From assembly GCA_001875255.1 (NCBI GenBank), contig MJAN01000003.1, positions 53,186-117,185 on the forward strand: DNA of 64,000 nucleotides. Reading direction: 5' to 3'. Origin of the DNA: Candidatus Sabulitectum silens. Lineage in GTDB: Bacteria; Fermentibacterota; Fermentibacteria; Fermentibacterales; JCC-6. The stretch's first letter is position 1. The number at the start of each line of letters is the position of its first letter. The notes below the pieces were generated by a model that had not been told where the DNA came from, searched no databases, and was given only the letters and a program-made list of their open reading frames with translations. Of this stretch, positions 31,275 to 42,557 are shown piece after piece. The position numbers and the translations under genes were made by a program.

Positions 31275-32406
31275 CTAATCAACCTTTTTGCCGCACTCAG
31301 GGCAGAACTTGCTGCCCCCGGGAACATCGGCGCCGCACTCACACTTCTTTCCGGCTCCCGCCCTGGCTCCGCACTCCGGGCAGAACTTGCTGCCCGGGGG
31401 TATTGAACTTCCGCAGGCGGCGCAGGACACCGCAAGGGGTTTTCCGCACTCGGGGCAGAACTTGCCGTCCTTGACTGTCTTTCCGCAGGAGGGACAGGTT
31501 ACACCGGAAGGAGCCGGGGCAGCCTGGCCACCTCCGCCCCCTCCGCCTCCGGAGGGCTGATTCATGGCCTGGCCCATCTGGTTGGCCATGGCCATTCCCA
31601 TGCCCAGTCCGGCACCCATTCCAACACCGGCGCCGGCGTCCTCCGCCCCTGCGGTTGCGGCGTCGCCCATTGCGGTGGCTGTCTTGAAGCGCATGTATTC
31701 GTTCATGTCCCCAGGGCCCCCATGGCGCTTCTCTCGTCGATGCGCTTCTGGACCTCCTCAGGGGGGGTGATGGCGCTTATGTAGAAGTCCACCATCTGTA
31801 TTCCGTATTTGCTGAAGTCGTCGGCAAAACGGCTCTTGGCCAGGGTTCCAAGTTCATCGTAGTAGGCGGCCAGGTCGAAAATGGTCTCAAGTGTCTCGCC
31901 CAGCAGGTCCGCAAGCCTGCTTATTATCATGTTCTTCAGGAAGCTCTCGATGGAGTCGGTGGAATACCTGCCCTCGGTTCCAACGATCTTGTTAACGAAA
32001 AGCTGGCTGTCCACCACCTTCATGGAGAAGTTTCCGAAGGCCCGGAGCCTCACCATGGAGAGCTCCTTGTCACGGAAGATGATGGGCTCCTTGGTTCCCC
32101 ACTTCATGTCGGTGAAGGTCTTTTTGTTCACATAGTAAACCTCGCACCTGAAGGGCGTGCCCTCTCCGGAGAAGGCCATGTCCACAAGGCCGGCGAGGAG
32201 CGGGATGTTCTGTGTGGTGAGTGTGTGTCTTCCCGGTCCCAGCACATCCATTGCCTTGCCGTCGCGGTAGAACACCGCCTCCTGGTTCTCACGTACCACG
32301 CACTGGCTTCCCAGACGGAACTCCCCGGAACCTGCTCGGGTATCCTGTGGGCCATGGATTTTCCGGTACTGTCAAGGAACTCGATTATTTCAGGCCGCTT
32401 GAACAT
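31275..32406 (-). CDS. SPFH/band-7 domain protein with three C-terminal zinc-ribbon repeats (YdjI-like); two frameshifts
   Basis: MFKRPEIIEFLDSTGKSMAHRIPEQ (ORF 32128..32406). SPFH body NQEAVFYRDGKAMDVLGPGRHTL... Gly-rich linker. Then TCPSCGKTVKDGKFCPECG / VSCAACGSSIPPGSKFCPECG / CECGADVPGGSKFCPECG. Confidence 0.7.
31295..31470. repeat. intragenic tandem repeat, about 75-bp period x3, encoding KFCPECG zinc-ribbon units
   Basis: ccgcactc(a/c/g)gggcagaacttgc(t/c)g occurs three times at about 31293, 31367 and 31444. It lies inside the SPFH gene. Confidence 0.6.
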
Positions 32407-32418
32407 GTCTCACCCTCC

Positions 32419-32979
32419 CTAATCGATCGGTGTATTGTTCTGAAGGTCGATCATGAGCGCACTGCGACCCTCGAGTTTGTGAATGAATTCGTCGAGGCCT
32501 GAAATGGCCACATCCAGGGCTTCGCTGATGCCGGTTCCCGATTCCACCGCGGCCCCCACCGCCCTGAAGTCTGTTTCCAGCTTCTCGGTGTCTTCGGTGA
32601 GGGAGCAGTCGAACTGGTAGAGCTTGTCCAGCTCGTTCTCCTGAACCTTGTGCATGTCGAACCAGCCCCTGTATCCCCTGGAGGCGAAACGAACCATGTC
32701 CGCCGCCTTTTCCAGCTTCTTGGTGAGCCTGTCGAAACCTCCAGCGGCGGTGAGGGCCCCGGGGCCCTTCAGGTTCGCAAGACCGCTTGTGGCAAGGGCG
32801 TTAAGCCCTTCCAGCCTCTTTGCCAGCATGGAGCGGAAAAGGGCGTCGTTGTCCCTTCTTTCCTCCTTGGCCTTGTAGCCCTTGTATCCCGGAATAATCC
32901 TTATGGCCTTTTCCAGGAAATTGAGCTGTCTTCCTTCGCTCATTTTACCCTCCCAGGATGATTGTTCTGTCAGCTGCAA
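32419..32979 (-). CDS. hypothetical coiled-coil protein adjacent to the SPFH gene
   Basis: Intact 186-aa ORF, Lys/Glu-rich helical prediction. No enzymatic motif. Confidence 0.4.
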   Translation of the reverse strand: MQLTEQSSWEGKMSEGRQLNFLEKAIRIIPGYKGYKAKEERRDNDALFRSMLAKRLEGLNALATSGLANLKGPGALTAAGGFDRLTKKLEKAADMVRFASRGYRGWFDMHKVQENELDKLYQFDCSLTEDTEKLETDFRAVGAAVESGTGISEALDVAISGLDEFIHKLEGRSALMIDLQNNTPID

Positions 32980-33027
32980 CCATGAATATCATACCTATGT
33001 ACTAAGCCTCTTCGCGTCAATAACGCA

Positions 33028-34022
33028 CTACCTTACGGCATTAATGTTCCTGGCGTGACCGGCGGCGGTGGTGGCGAAAAGGTGTTCCCCGGAACCATCT
33101 CCCCTGCTTACGAAGAAAAGATAGCCTTCGGTGGTGTCCGGTTCGGCAACCGCCATCAGTGACGCGGTCCCCGGGGAGCATATGGGCCCCGGGGGCAGAC
33201 CGTTGTTCCTGTATGTGTTGTAGGGGCTCTCTATCTCCAGATCACTGAAAAGCAGCTGCTCCCGTACCTCGCCCAGGGCGTACTGAACCGTGGCGCAGCT
33301 CTCCAGGCGCATTCCCCTTCTAAGTCTGTTGATGAAAACACCGGCAACAAGGTCCCTTTCACCGTCCGAGGCCGCCTCCCTTTCAACGATGGAGGCCAGT
33401 ATAACGCCCTGGAACGGGGTCAGTCCAACCGCTTCGCACCGGGCTTTCCACCCGGCGTCCATCACTCCCTGGCCGGTGGCCACGATCCTGTTCACCACCT
33501 GCCATGACCTGAGTGTGTCGGCGAATTCGTATGTCTCCGGGAAAAGATAGCCCTCGAAGCAGGGTATGTTCATGGCGCTGAGGAACTCGTTGTCACGGGA
33601 GAGGGACTCGAGCTCCTCCGGCGGGAAGCCCATGGCGCTGGAGAGCAGTTCCAGGCTCTCCTCCTGTCGAAGACCCGGGGGAAGTGTAACCCAGACCGTG
33701 GGCACAGGGATCACATCCCCCCTTGTGAACATGGTAAGCATTGTGTCTATGGCCATGGTGTCCGACAGGGCGTACCTCCCCGCCTGGAGCGACTGGCCGT
33801 TGAAGAACCGTCTGTAGCGCAGAAGGACCATCCAGCGGCTTCTGACCAGCCCGCTGTCCTCCAGGGCAGCGGCGGTGGTCCGGACTCCCCAGCCCCTTTC
33901 AAGGGCCAACTCGATGTTCCTGCCGGTGCCCGGGGGGCTTTCCAGCTTCCTGTACAGGAGCAGCGCCGCCAGGATCACAGCCAGGATCACAGCAAGGAAC
34001 CGCAAAAGGATCTTGGATCTTT
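33028..34022 (-). CDS. mltG: endolytic murein transglycosylase MltG (YceG family)
   Basis: Start MKRSKILLRFLAVILAVILAALLLY (TM anchor), then a YceG-like body ...VTLPPGLRQEE...CFEGYLFPETYEF...GVILASIVEREA.... Confidence 0.85.
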
Positions 34023-34023
34023 T

Positions 34024-34440
34024 CATAATATGTTCAGGTACCTTTTCAGTATTTCGCAGGCGGCCAGGGAATCCACATGACCCTTCCTGTCCTTCCTGCC
34101 GGTAAGACGCACAGCCTCCCTCGACGAGCGGGCCTCGTTCACCAGGTGAAGGGCAAAACCCATCTCCTTTATCCTTTCTGCGAGAACCTCCACCTCGCTG
34201 CTCAGCTCGGTGGGTTTCCAAGGGCCGACAGGGGGTGCCCCAGAACCACCTCCACCTCTCCGTATCTTTCCTCAGTTCATCCAGCCTGTTCAGTATGTCC
34301 TTCCATGTTCCCCGGACTGGCTCCGAGGGAAGGACAACGCCCTGGATATGCACCGCAATACCGGTTCTCCTCCTGCCGTAGTCCACTGCGAGAAGCACCA
34401 TCAGAACACCCTTCGCCTGAGGTCCGCCATCCCGGCCCTG
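34024..34440 (-). CDS. ruvX: Holliday-junction-resolvase-like putative pre-16S rRNA nuclease YqgF/RuvX (frameshift)
   Basis: VLMVLLAVDYGRRRTGIAVHIQGVVLPSEPV, an RNase-H-like YqgF start. The remainder lies in an adjoining frame and ends immediately before mltG. Confidence 0.7.
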
Positions 34441-36052
34441 TACATCAGGAAACTCACAATGGCTCCAACGGGCATCATCAGGAACACGATGGAGTCCCGT
34501 ACCGGCCCGGCCAGCATGGCCTCGGTGAAATTGTCGGTCATGTAGCGCCTGGTCACAACGGAAAGGACGGTTACCACAAAAAGCACGAAGGCAACCGAAG
34601 CGAAGGCGGTAATGATCCCCCCCTGACCGCTGGAAACGCTCACAGCACTCCCTTCGCCGCTTTTCAGGAAAATGCAGCCCATTGTGATGTTGATGGTGGA
34701 CAATACGAATGCGGTGATGAAAATGCAGGCCACGGACTCTATCTGAAGCAGGGCTCCGGCACCGATGCTTCTGGTGGAAAGCCAGGCAAGAACGCTGGCG
34801 GGAAACACCGATAGCAGCAGGGTCTGCGTCCACTTTGAGCGGTAGAAGAGCTCCCTGCCCCGTGGCAGCTGTATCATGGCGTGAGACCCGGGGCCTCCAT
34901 GCTGGGTGCTGGAAAGGCGAACCTCACCATCATGGTTGCCACCACGAAGGCGCTGAAGGAGATGTTGATGAATATACCAACGGCAAGCCAGTAGGGATTG
35001 CCGAAGTCGATGGGGAATCTGTTCAGGTTGATGACATAGATCGCGAACATCCCTGCCAGAAGCCCCAGCTGGCTCCACTGGACCGGGTCCCTGAGGAACA
35101 GGAGCACATCCTTCTGAAAAATTGTGGAAGCCCGGCCCCCGTCCCTGAAGAAAAGGGATGACTGGTAACGAACGGAAACCTCGGCGGAGCGGTTCCAGGC
35201 CTTGAGATACTTTCCAGAGGCAAGGAAAAGCGCCGCCAGAACCAGAAGCATGGCCTGGCAGGCAAGCAGAAGACCGGAAACCAGGCTGCCCCCCACCCAT
35301 GGCCCGGAGGAAAAGCGAATGGGGCCAGTATCCGGTGTTCTGGCTGGGCAGGCCGGAAACGAACTCCTGCAGTCCCCCCAGCTGCATCCCCGGGGCCTCT
35401 TCAATTACGAGATCGGTGCTGGTGCCGCTGGCAAAGAAAAAGAGGGCTCCGCTTCCAGCGATCAGGGCGATCCCCCCGAAGAGCTTCCAGCCGTTCATCC
35501 CCCCCAGCCGCCCGAGGAGCACCGTTACCACTGTTCCCAGGGCGGTCCAGCACAGAAGCATCAGGGGATAAAGGAGAAAGCCCAGGGTAAGGTGTACCTC
35601 GCTGAAGGCCAGACCACGGGCGAAGGCCAGAAGGATGGGATAGCCCATTAGAAGCATTGTCCAGCCGGCATTGAACCAGCTTCCAGCACCGCGGAAACCG
35701 CCATGGAGGAGTGGTTGGCCGAGGAGGCGAAGAGAAGGGTCGTCCGGGGAGAACGGTAAAGGGAGGAGTTCCCGGTGATCAGCGAGGAAACCCCCACGAA
35801 CACACCGAAGGCAAGGAGGGCCATACCGAACAGCCGGGAGGCCAGGGCGGTGCCGAAACCGTAGAGTTCAGCATCGAGGGAGGCCAGGTAACGAAAAAGC
35901 CCCCGGAACATGTGGTAGAAGCCGAAGGCCATCACCCCCATGGTTATGACTCCGGCAATGAGCTTCAGACGGTTGTTCTCCCACTCCTCCGCCAGACCCC
36001 CGGCGAAGGAGCGGAGCTGCATTAAAAGAAGGATTCGCAGATGGCTGAACAT
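34440..36052 (-). CDS. large polytopic membrane protein (possible ABC-2/putative ABC exporter permease), multiple frameshifts
   Basis: ORFs 35648..36052, 34874..35404 and 34401..35657 together encode more than 10 hydrophobic helices (e.g. LIAGVITMGVMAFGFY, LLAGMFAIYVINL, VAFVLFVVTVLSVV). No soluble domain. Confidence 0.4.
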
Positions 36053-36094
36053 ACCCGAAGATACTACCGGTGAGGTCCCGGTAAACAGATGCCC

Positions 36095-36601
36095 CTATTC
36101 CGTAAGTGCCCTCACTATCTCACCGAAAAAGATCACATGGTAATCCTTTTCCGGGTAGGCGGAGGCTCCGGCGTCGGTTATGAAGCCGGAGGGGTCCATG
36201 GGCTGGCGGTATATCTTCCTGCACTCCAGGATGAGGGAAGCCTCGTTGTAGGCCGGAGAAAGCACCTTTTCCGACGGTCTCAGGGTCAGCCGGGTCTCCG
36301 ACAGCTTGTCGCGGTCCTTTCCGGATACCGTTCCCAGGTGTTTCAGGGCATCCCTGTACTCCGGGGGAAATCCGCACAGGGTGAAGCAGCTTGAATTCTC
36401 AATGTATTTCAGTGTGTGCCTCTGGGGCCTTACCACCACCTGAACGAAGGGACGGTTCCACATGCAGCCAATGCTTCCCCAGGCCACTGTCATCATGTTG
36501 CAGTCATCCATGGTGCCCGATGTAAGCAGAAGCCACTGGTCCTTCCAGAGGTCCATAGGCTTTAGAACGAGGTTACCCGGGGAGATGGTTCTCATATTCA
36601 T
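36095..36601 (-). CDS. flavin reductase-like FMN-binding split-barrel protein
   Basis: 168 aa with LKPMDLWKDQWLLLTSGTMDDCNMMTVAWGSIG, matching the Flavin_Reduct fold. Confidence 0.7.
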   Translation of the reverse strand: MNMRTISPGNLVLKPMDLWKDQWLLLTSGTMDDCNMMTVAWGSIGCMWNRPFVQVVVRPQRHTLKYIENSSCFTLCGFPPEYRDALKHLGTVSGKDRDKLSETRLTLRPSEKVLSPAYNEASLILECRKIYRQPMDPSGFITDAGASAYPEKDYHVIFFGEIVRALTE

Positions 36602-36608
36602 TTCCTCC

Positions 36609-37864
36609 CTATACTCTGAAGAGTATCCTTTCGTCGTTGAACATTTTCAGTGTGATGAAGACCAGCACCGCCGCGGCAAGCAGGCTGCTTCCCGCGGAGA
36701 AGAACACGTTTCCCAGAGCACTCCGCCGGTGAAGATGTCCTTCAGGCAACCAGGGAATTGAACACCGGCGCTGTCCGCATCCAGCCCGGAGGGTTTCCGC
36801 GGACTGCATGGTGGTGAGGCCCATGACCATCACAGCCACATAGACGGGCATTATCATTCCCTGACCCTCCTTGAGGTTCCTGGCCCAGGTGGACACAAGC
36901 AGAACGATGCTGGATATGAGGACAGCAAGGGGCAGAACGATCACGCCGAACTGCAGGATGTCGGCGGTTCCCATGGTATATCCGGAAACGGTCTTCCCCC
37001 CTCGCTCATCATTTCAAGGAGGTATCCCGAAGCTATCTTAAGACCGATGACGGAACTCACGGCCCCTACTATGGCGGCGATCATCACCGAGATCATCTTG
37101 CCGAGAACGATGGAAAGCCTTCCCACCTGGTTCACCAGAAGAACGGCAAGGGTTCCCCTCTCCTTTTCTCCGGCGACGGTGTCCAGCCCCACCTTCATGG
37201 CGTTGGCGAAGAGGTAGATCACTATGAAGAAGGGAACCATTACGCCGATTATCTTTCCCATCAGGCTGCCCTCGGCGGCCAGGTCGTAGTTCTCCGGAGG
37301 CATCCCGCTGTTCACGGTTACCGCGGAGAGTATGCCCGGTGGAAGCCCGGCCCCGGCCACCCTCAGGCTTACAAGTGAATCGTCCAGGGCCTGAAGGATG
37401 GCTGTAATGTTGCCGAGGGCGTGCCGGGAATAGTCCCCGGTTGAATTGTGGTAGGCGGAGATGTCGAAGGAAGGATAATCCCAGTCGGGGTCATCCATGG
37501 CCGGAGGAAACACCAGAAGAAGCTCCATCTCCTTTTCGGAAACGAGCTGCCTCATGGAATCAAGGCTGGACACGCCGGCGGGAATGAGCTCGGCGTTCAT
37601 GGATCCGAGGGCAGCCAGGATCACACCGGCTCCCTCCCGTGAACTCTCCGGTACATGGATGGCTATACTTGGTCTGTAGGCGGCGATATCGGCATCCCTG
37701 GACCTGTCGGCCCGGCCCATGAAGGAGTACATGAGGGGAAGCATTCCCAGGGGAAGCACCACCAGCATGAAAAGAAGCTTCCTGTCGGTGAATATCCTGC
37801 GAAGCTCCTTTTTCAGAATTATGAAGCTGTCATTCAGCATTTTCACCCTCCCCGGGAAGGACAT
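36609..37864 (-). CDS. ABC-2-type transporter permease (NatB-like), frameshift near 36960
   Basis: N-terminal TM segment, large extracytoplasmic loop, then 5 TM helices (MVPFFIVIYLFANAM..., LAVLLVNQVGRLSIVLGKMISVMIAAIVGAV...). Confidence 0.65.
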
Positions 37865-38589
37865 GGCTGAAGAAGAGATCCTCCAGGTTGTCCATACCGC
37901 TTCCTCGAAGCACTTCCTCCAGGGTTCCCTCTTCCTTCAGGCGACCCTTTACCAGTATGCCGAACCTGTCACAGAGCTTCTCAGCGATGGTCATGATGTG
38001 GGTGGAAATTATCACGGTCTTTCCCCGCCGGGCGCACTTAACGAGGAAGTCGGTGACAGCCTTGGAAGTGACCACATCAAGGCCGTTGGTGGGTTCGTCG
38101 AAAATGATCACCCGGGGTCGTGTACCAGGCTTATGGCAACGGCGGTCTTCTGCTTCATTCCCGTGGACAGGTCATCTATTCGCCGGTGGCGAAGTCCTCC
38201 ATCTTCAGTTCCCGGAGGAGGGTCTGCTTTCTGGACCTTATCAGGGATCCCTCCATTTTGTTCAGCTGCCCGAACCAGTCTATCATGTAGTCAGGTGTGA
38301 AGTAGCCGTCCAGCTTCATGTCAGATGTGAGGAAGCCGATCATGGACCGGAATTCCCTCTGGTGCTCAAGGACGTTGTATTCGTCTATCCATACATTGCC
38401 TGAGGTGGGCTTAATGAGAGTGGAAAGGCATCTCAGGGTGGTGGTCTTTCCCGCCCCGTTGGGCCCCAGGAGGCCGTATATCTCACCGGGCAGGCACTGG
38501 AAGGAGAGTTCGCTGACAGCCCTGGTCTCCCCGGAGGAGGATCCCCGGCGGTTCCTGAAAACCTTTGTGAGCCGGTCAACCCTCAGCAA
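37830..38589 (-). CDS. ABC transporter ATP-binding protein (frameshift about 38110-38180)
   Basis: Walker [13 protein letters not shown] (ORF 38176..38589). Walker B and D-loop [12 protein letters not shown]-loop ISTHIM (ORF 37830..38111). Confidence 0.8.
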
Positions 38590-39120
38590 CTTCCACCTGC
38601 CCTTCCTTGCCGGGTCCTTTCAAGGAAGGCGTTCATGCCTTCCCTTGTGGCAAGCTCCCCTTCCTCGGCCACGGGCATTTCCGGGAACCTTTTCATGAGG
38701 ACCTTCGCAAAGATCCCTGTGCCGCTCCGGGAAAGGACTCCCCGGGAATGGAGCCTGGCGGTGCACCTGGAACAGGAGGGGGAGCCGGATTTCAGTATGA
38801 AACCGGCGATATCCATGTTCTCCAGCCTGTCAAGGAACCTGCCGGACCAGCAGGTGAGCAAATCGGTCATGTCCTCTCCGGTGCCCACGGTCCTGACCCT
38901 TACCCCTCCCGGTTCTGCGTAAAGGTCCATGGGTTCCCTGGGAACGGGAAGGCCGCAGCCCACCTCGGGACAGAACTTTACCAGCTCGGCCCTGATGTTC
39001 AGCTGGTCCATGATGAACTGGCTCAGGGCATGGCCGCCGTTGTACCTCACCTTCATGCCGGTGAGGCATCCGCTTATTCCGATCAGGGGAATTATGGCCG
39101 TATCTCCAGGCCGCTGAGTA
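38583..39120 (-). CDS. DUF523-family protein (TudS-like 2-thiouracil desulfurase fold candidate)
   Basis: [22 protein letters not shown]...[18 protein letters not shown] resembles the DUF523 cysteine motifs. The upstream 60 aa of the ORF track are probably not translated. Confidence 0.55.
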
Positions 39121-39231
39121 TGGTGTTCTCCGAGGGCTCGTCCACCTGTACCTCCAAAGGCCTTTGGTCGACGTTCTCGCAGCAGTGAATGCGGTACTTC
39201 ACAAGCCTGTCCCGGTGAACCCTGTACCTTG

Positions 39232-39621
39232 TCAGGATACAGCAGTCCCCCTGGAGGAGGACCTGTCAAGCATGGGATCGAAATGTCTTTCCCCGCCGTC
39301 GGCAAGCCTCAGAACATAGCTGTGCGAATCGGGGATCCCCGGCAGGGGCACGCCCCTGAAGGATGCCGAGGCCGGGGGACCCTCGGCCAGCACCGACCCG
39401 TCTGAAAGCTTCCATTCCCTTTCGGAGGTTTCAGGGCCTTCGCCCTGGCAGGTCACCCCGGGTGAGTCTTCGAAGCCCGCCGCCGGCGGCGGCTCAAGGG
39501 GCCCTTTCAGCTCACCCACGTCCCTGTCCGTGTCACCGCACCTGCTGCAGAACCAGAAAGCAAGTGAGCCGCTCTGGTAGAACCTCGCCGTCCAGAGGTG
39601 CCTGTCGCCTTCACAACCCAT
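39232..39621 (-). CDS. hypothetical protein (may be an out-of-frame continuation of a neighbour)
   Basis: 129-aa ORF with CSRCGD cysteine pair and no other signature. Confidence 0.25.
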   Translation of the reverse strand: MGCEGDRHLWTARFYQSGSLAFWFCSRCGDTDRDVGELKGPLEPPPAAGFEDSPGVTCQGEGPETSEREWKLSDGSVLAEGPPASASFRGVPLPGIPDSHSYVLRLADGGERHFDPMLDRSSSRGTAVS

Positions 39622-39809
39622 TGAAACAACCCCTTATCTGACCTTTGTAAACACCGTAAACAGTTTTCCAGGGCGTAATATACCCCAAACACCCGGGAAA
39701 GCAGCAACTTCCTTCGGAAGTCAGCCCGGGTGAGGACCTCTGCCCGGTTTTCCAAAGGAGGGAAACATTGCTATGTTACCCGGTGCAATGCCAGCAGGGA
39801 AAGGAAAAA

Positions 39810-40322
39810 ATGATAACCAGTACCGACTGGATACAGGAACTTGGTCTCCTTCCCCATCCCGAGGGAGGCTACTACCGAGAGTTCTACCGCTCGGGGCATT
39901 CCCTCGAGGCGGAGGTCCTTCCTTCCGGTTACAAAGGCAGGCGCAGCCTTGGCTCCATTATCTATTATCTGCTGACCGGGAACGATTTCTCGGCATTTCA
40001 CCGGCTCCCTGCTGACGAAACCTGGCACTTCCACTACGGTTCGGCCTTCCTTCTTCACCTCATAAGCCCGGGGGGCATATACAGCAAGGTCAGGCTGGGG
40101 ATGGACGTACATGTTGGAGAGGTGCCCTGCCACACCATACCCGCGGGGTATTTCTTCGGGGCCGAGGTGGCCGAGGAGAATTCCTTCGCCCTTGCGTCAT
40201 GCACTGTAATGCCGGGCTTTTCCTTCGAGGATCTAATAATGCCCGGGAGAGACCAGCTCATAGGCATCTTTCCGGATCTTTCCAATGAAATAATGCATCT
40301 CACCAGGGAAAAGCGATCATGA
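39810..40322 (+). CDS. cupin-superfamily protein (DUF985)
   Basis: MITSTDWIQELGLLPHPEGGYYREFYRS...SIIYYLLTGNDFSAFHRL...ETWHFHYG, the DUF985 cupin pattern. Confidence 0.6.
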   Translation: MITSTDWIQELGLLPHPEGGYYREFYRSGHSLEAEVLPSGYKGRRSLGSIIYYLLTGNDFSAFHRLPADETWHFHYGSAFLLHLISPGGIYSKVRLGMDVHVGEVPCHTIPAGYFFGAEVAEENSFALASCTVMPGFSFEDLIMPGRDQLIGIFPDLSNEIMHLTREKRS

Positions 40323-40770
40323 ACAAATTTGAAGACGTGATCCTCGACGACGACAACTGCTTCGCCTGCGGCACCGGAAACCCGTGGGACTCAGGCTGAA
40401 GTTCAGCATCGAACCGGATTCAGGCAGGGCGGAAGCCAGAACGGTGATAGCGGAACACTTCAACGGATGGTTCGGCGCGGTCCACGGCGGGATAATAACA
40501 ACCCTGCTGGACGAAACAATGGTATACGCATGCACATCCATAGGATGGATGACCGTAACGGGCACCATCGAGGTGAAGTTCCACAGACCGGTCCCACGGA
40601 GGAGCCATAGTCATCACCGGAGAGGTGGAAGAGAACCGGGGAAGGTCCATAACCGCCAGGGGAAGGATCGAGCACAGCGGTGAGATCCTGGCCACCGCCA
40701 GGGCGGTAATGATCCCCATAAGGAACGATGAGAACGCCCTTGCCTCCATCAGGGACAGGCTCATTCAGTG
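40320..40770 (+). CDS. PaaI/YbgC-type hotdog thioesterase (two apparent frameshifts near 40380 and 40600)
   Basis: MNKFEDVILDDDNCFACGTGNPWDSG, then LKFSIEPDSGRAEARTVIAEHFNGWFGAVHGGIITTLLDETMVYAC. The C-terminus continues in a third frame to a stop near 40770. Confidence 0.65.
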
Positions 40771-41445
40771 AGAAGAGCCCTTCTGATACCCGGGATAGGC
40801 GGCACCGCCGACTGCTGGAACCCGCTATTCACAGGAAGGCTTCAGTCCTGTCTCACCGTTGATAAGGTGGAACTGCCCGGGGCCGGGGAAACCATAGGTC
40901 AGATGGCCGAAGGGCTATCCCTCTCACCGCCGCCGGATATCGTCATAGGCTTCTCCATCGGCGCCGCGGTGGTTCAGGAAATGCTGGTATCCCCCTCCTC
41001 CCGGGTTTCAATGGCTGTCCTGATGGCTCCCCCGGCGGGAAAACGTTTCCCCGGGCCGCCGAAGAGCGCCCACGATTTCTCCGACGGAAGGGGAAGGTGG
41101 TCCGCATCCATGCTGGAAATGATGTTCACCCCGGCCTGGCTGGCGGCCCATCCCGATGTCACCGAATTCTTTCCCCGGGTAAAGAGGTCCATTCCCGGGG
41201 ATATCCTGAAGGTCCAGAGCCTGGCGATAAACAGTTGGAAGGGCCGCATTGAAGAACTTGCCCGGTTGAAGACGCCGGTGCTCATTCTGGCCGGTCGCCA
41301 CGACATAATAACACCGGTGGTACATGCCAGGGCTCTCCACGAAACGATGCCCTGCTCCAGAATTACCGTCATGGAAACCGGCCATGGCTTTCCCTGGCAG
41401 TGTCCCGTTGAAACCGCGGACGCAATATTGGAGTTTGCCCGGTGA
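40768..41445 (+). CDS. alpha/beta-fold hydrolase
   Basis: GFSIGAAV nucleophile-elbow-like motif and C-terminal HG. 225 aa, overlaps neighbours by 4 nt on each side. Confidence 0.7.
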   Translation: MRRALLIPGIGGTADCWNPLFTGRLQSCLTVDKVELPGAGETIGQMAEGLSLSPPPDIVIGFSIGAAVVQEMLVSPSSRVSMAVLMAPPAGKRFPGPPKSAHDFSDGRGRWSASMLEMMFTPAWLAAHPDVTEFFPRVKRSIPGDILKVQSLAINSWKGRIEELARLKTPVLILAGRHDIITPVVHARALHETMPCSRITVMETGHGFPWQCPVETADAILEFAR

Positions 41446-42557
41446 AAATACTAGGACAGATATCCGGAGGACTGGAGGAACTGGGTTCCAGGGAACTGGA
41501 AAAGCTGGGCGCCCTGTCAATAAGGCCGGTCTTCAGGGGGGTGTTCTTTGAAACGGACACCGCCGGCGCCATGAGGATAAACTACAACTCACGGCTTTTT
41601 GACAGGTTCCTGCTTCCAGTGGCCTCCTTCCCCTGCCACAACTCCGACCAGCTCTATTCCAAGGCCCTCAGGTTTCAGTGGGAGAACATATTCGGCATAA
41701 ATTCCACATTCGCCATTTCCGCTGCTGTTTCCGGGGGAAAGATACGCCATTCAAGGTGGGCTGCCCTGAAGCTGAAGGATGCCATTGCGGATCACTTCAG
41801 GGAGATCTGCGGCAAAAGGCCATCGGTGGACAGGCACCTGGCCGACGTGAACATCGACCTCAGGGTGAGGGGAGCCGTGGCCGAGGTAAGGCTGGACCTT
41901 TCGGGAGGAGCCCTTCACAGAAGGGGTTACAGAAGGGAAACCATCAAGGCTCCAATGCGGGAGACCGTTGCCGCGGCGGCCCTTGAAATGACCGGATGGA
42001 ACGGAGAGAAACCCCTGGTGGATCCCATGTGCGGTTCAGGCACCCTTCTATGCGAGGCCCTGATGAAGTACTGCAGGATCCCCGCCGGTTTCTACAGGGA
42101 CAAATGGGGTTTCTATCGAATGGAGGGCTTTTCAAAGCTGGAATGGAAGAATGTGAAGGCCGAATCCGACAACGATATAATCTCCCTGCCCGAGGGACTG
42201 ATCTCCGGCAGCGACATCTCACACCAGGCGGTTAACGCCGCCAGGGCAAACCTGGAGACCTTCCGACAGGGCGGCCTTGTGAAGGTCCGCCAGCAGGACT
42301 GGCACGATAACCCGGGCTATCGGTCAATGGTGATACTAACCAATCCGCCCCATGGAATAAGGCTAATGGAGGAAACCGCCGGGGCCCTGATCACCCAGTT
42401 CGGGGACTTCCTGAAACAGAGGTGCAGCGGTTCCGAGGCTTACATCTACCTGGGCGACACAGCCCTTCTGAAAAAGGTGGGGTTGAGGTCCACCTGGAGG
42501 AAGGAGCTGACCTCGGGGGGGCTGGACGGCAGACTGGCCAGGTACGACCTCTACTGA
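41442..42557 (+). CDS. THUMP-domain RNA methyltransferase (RlmL/COG0116-like class I SAM MTase)
   Basis: THUMP-like N-terminus, then VDPMCGSGTLLCEA (SAM motif I) and ILTNPPHG (motif IV N/DPPY-type). Confidence 0.8.
   Translation: MKILGQISGGLEELGSRELEKLGALSIRPVFRGVFFETDTAGAMRINYNSRLFDRFLLPVASFPCHNSDQLYSKALRFQWENIFGINSTFAISAAVSGGKIRHSRWAALKLKDAIADHFREICGKRPSVDRHLADVNIDLRVRGAVAEVRLDLSGGALHRRGYRRETIKAPMRETVAAAALEMTGWNGEKPLVDPMCGSGTLLCEALMKYCRIPAGFYRDKWGFYRMEGFSKLEWKNVKAESDNDIISLPEGLISGSDISHQAVNAARANLETFRQGGLVKVRQQDWHDNPGYRSMVILTNPPHGIRLMEETAGALITQFGDFLKQRCSGSEAYIYLGDTALLKKVGLRSTWRKELTSGGLDGRLARYDLY

Noticed and set aside
31295-31470. Possible CRISPR-like repeat array
   Set aside because: Only three units. 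They lie inside a coding sequence and encode identical zinc-ribbon peptides. There are no spacers of foreign character and no cas genes.
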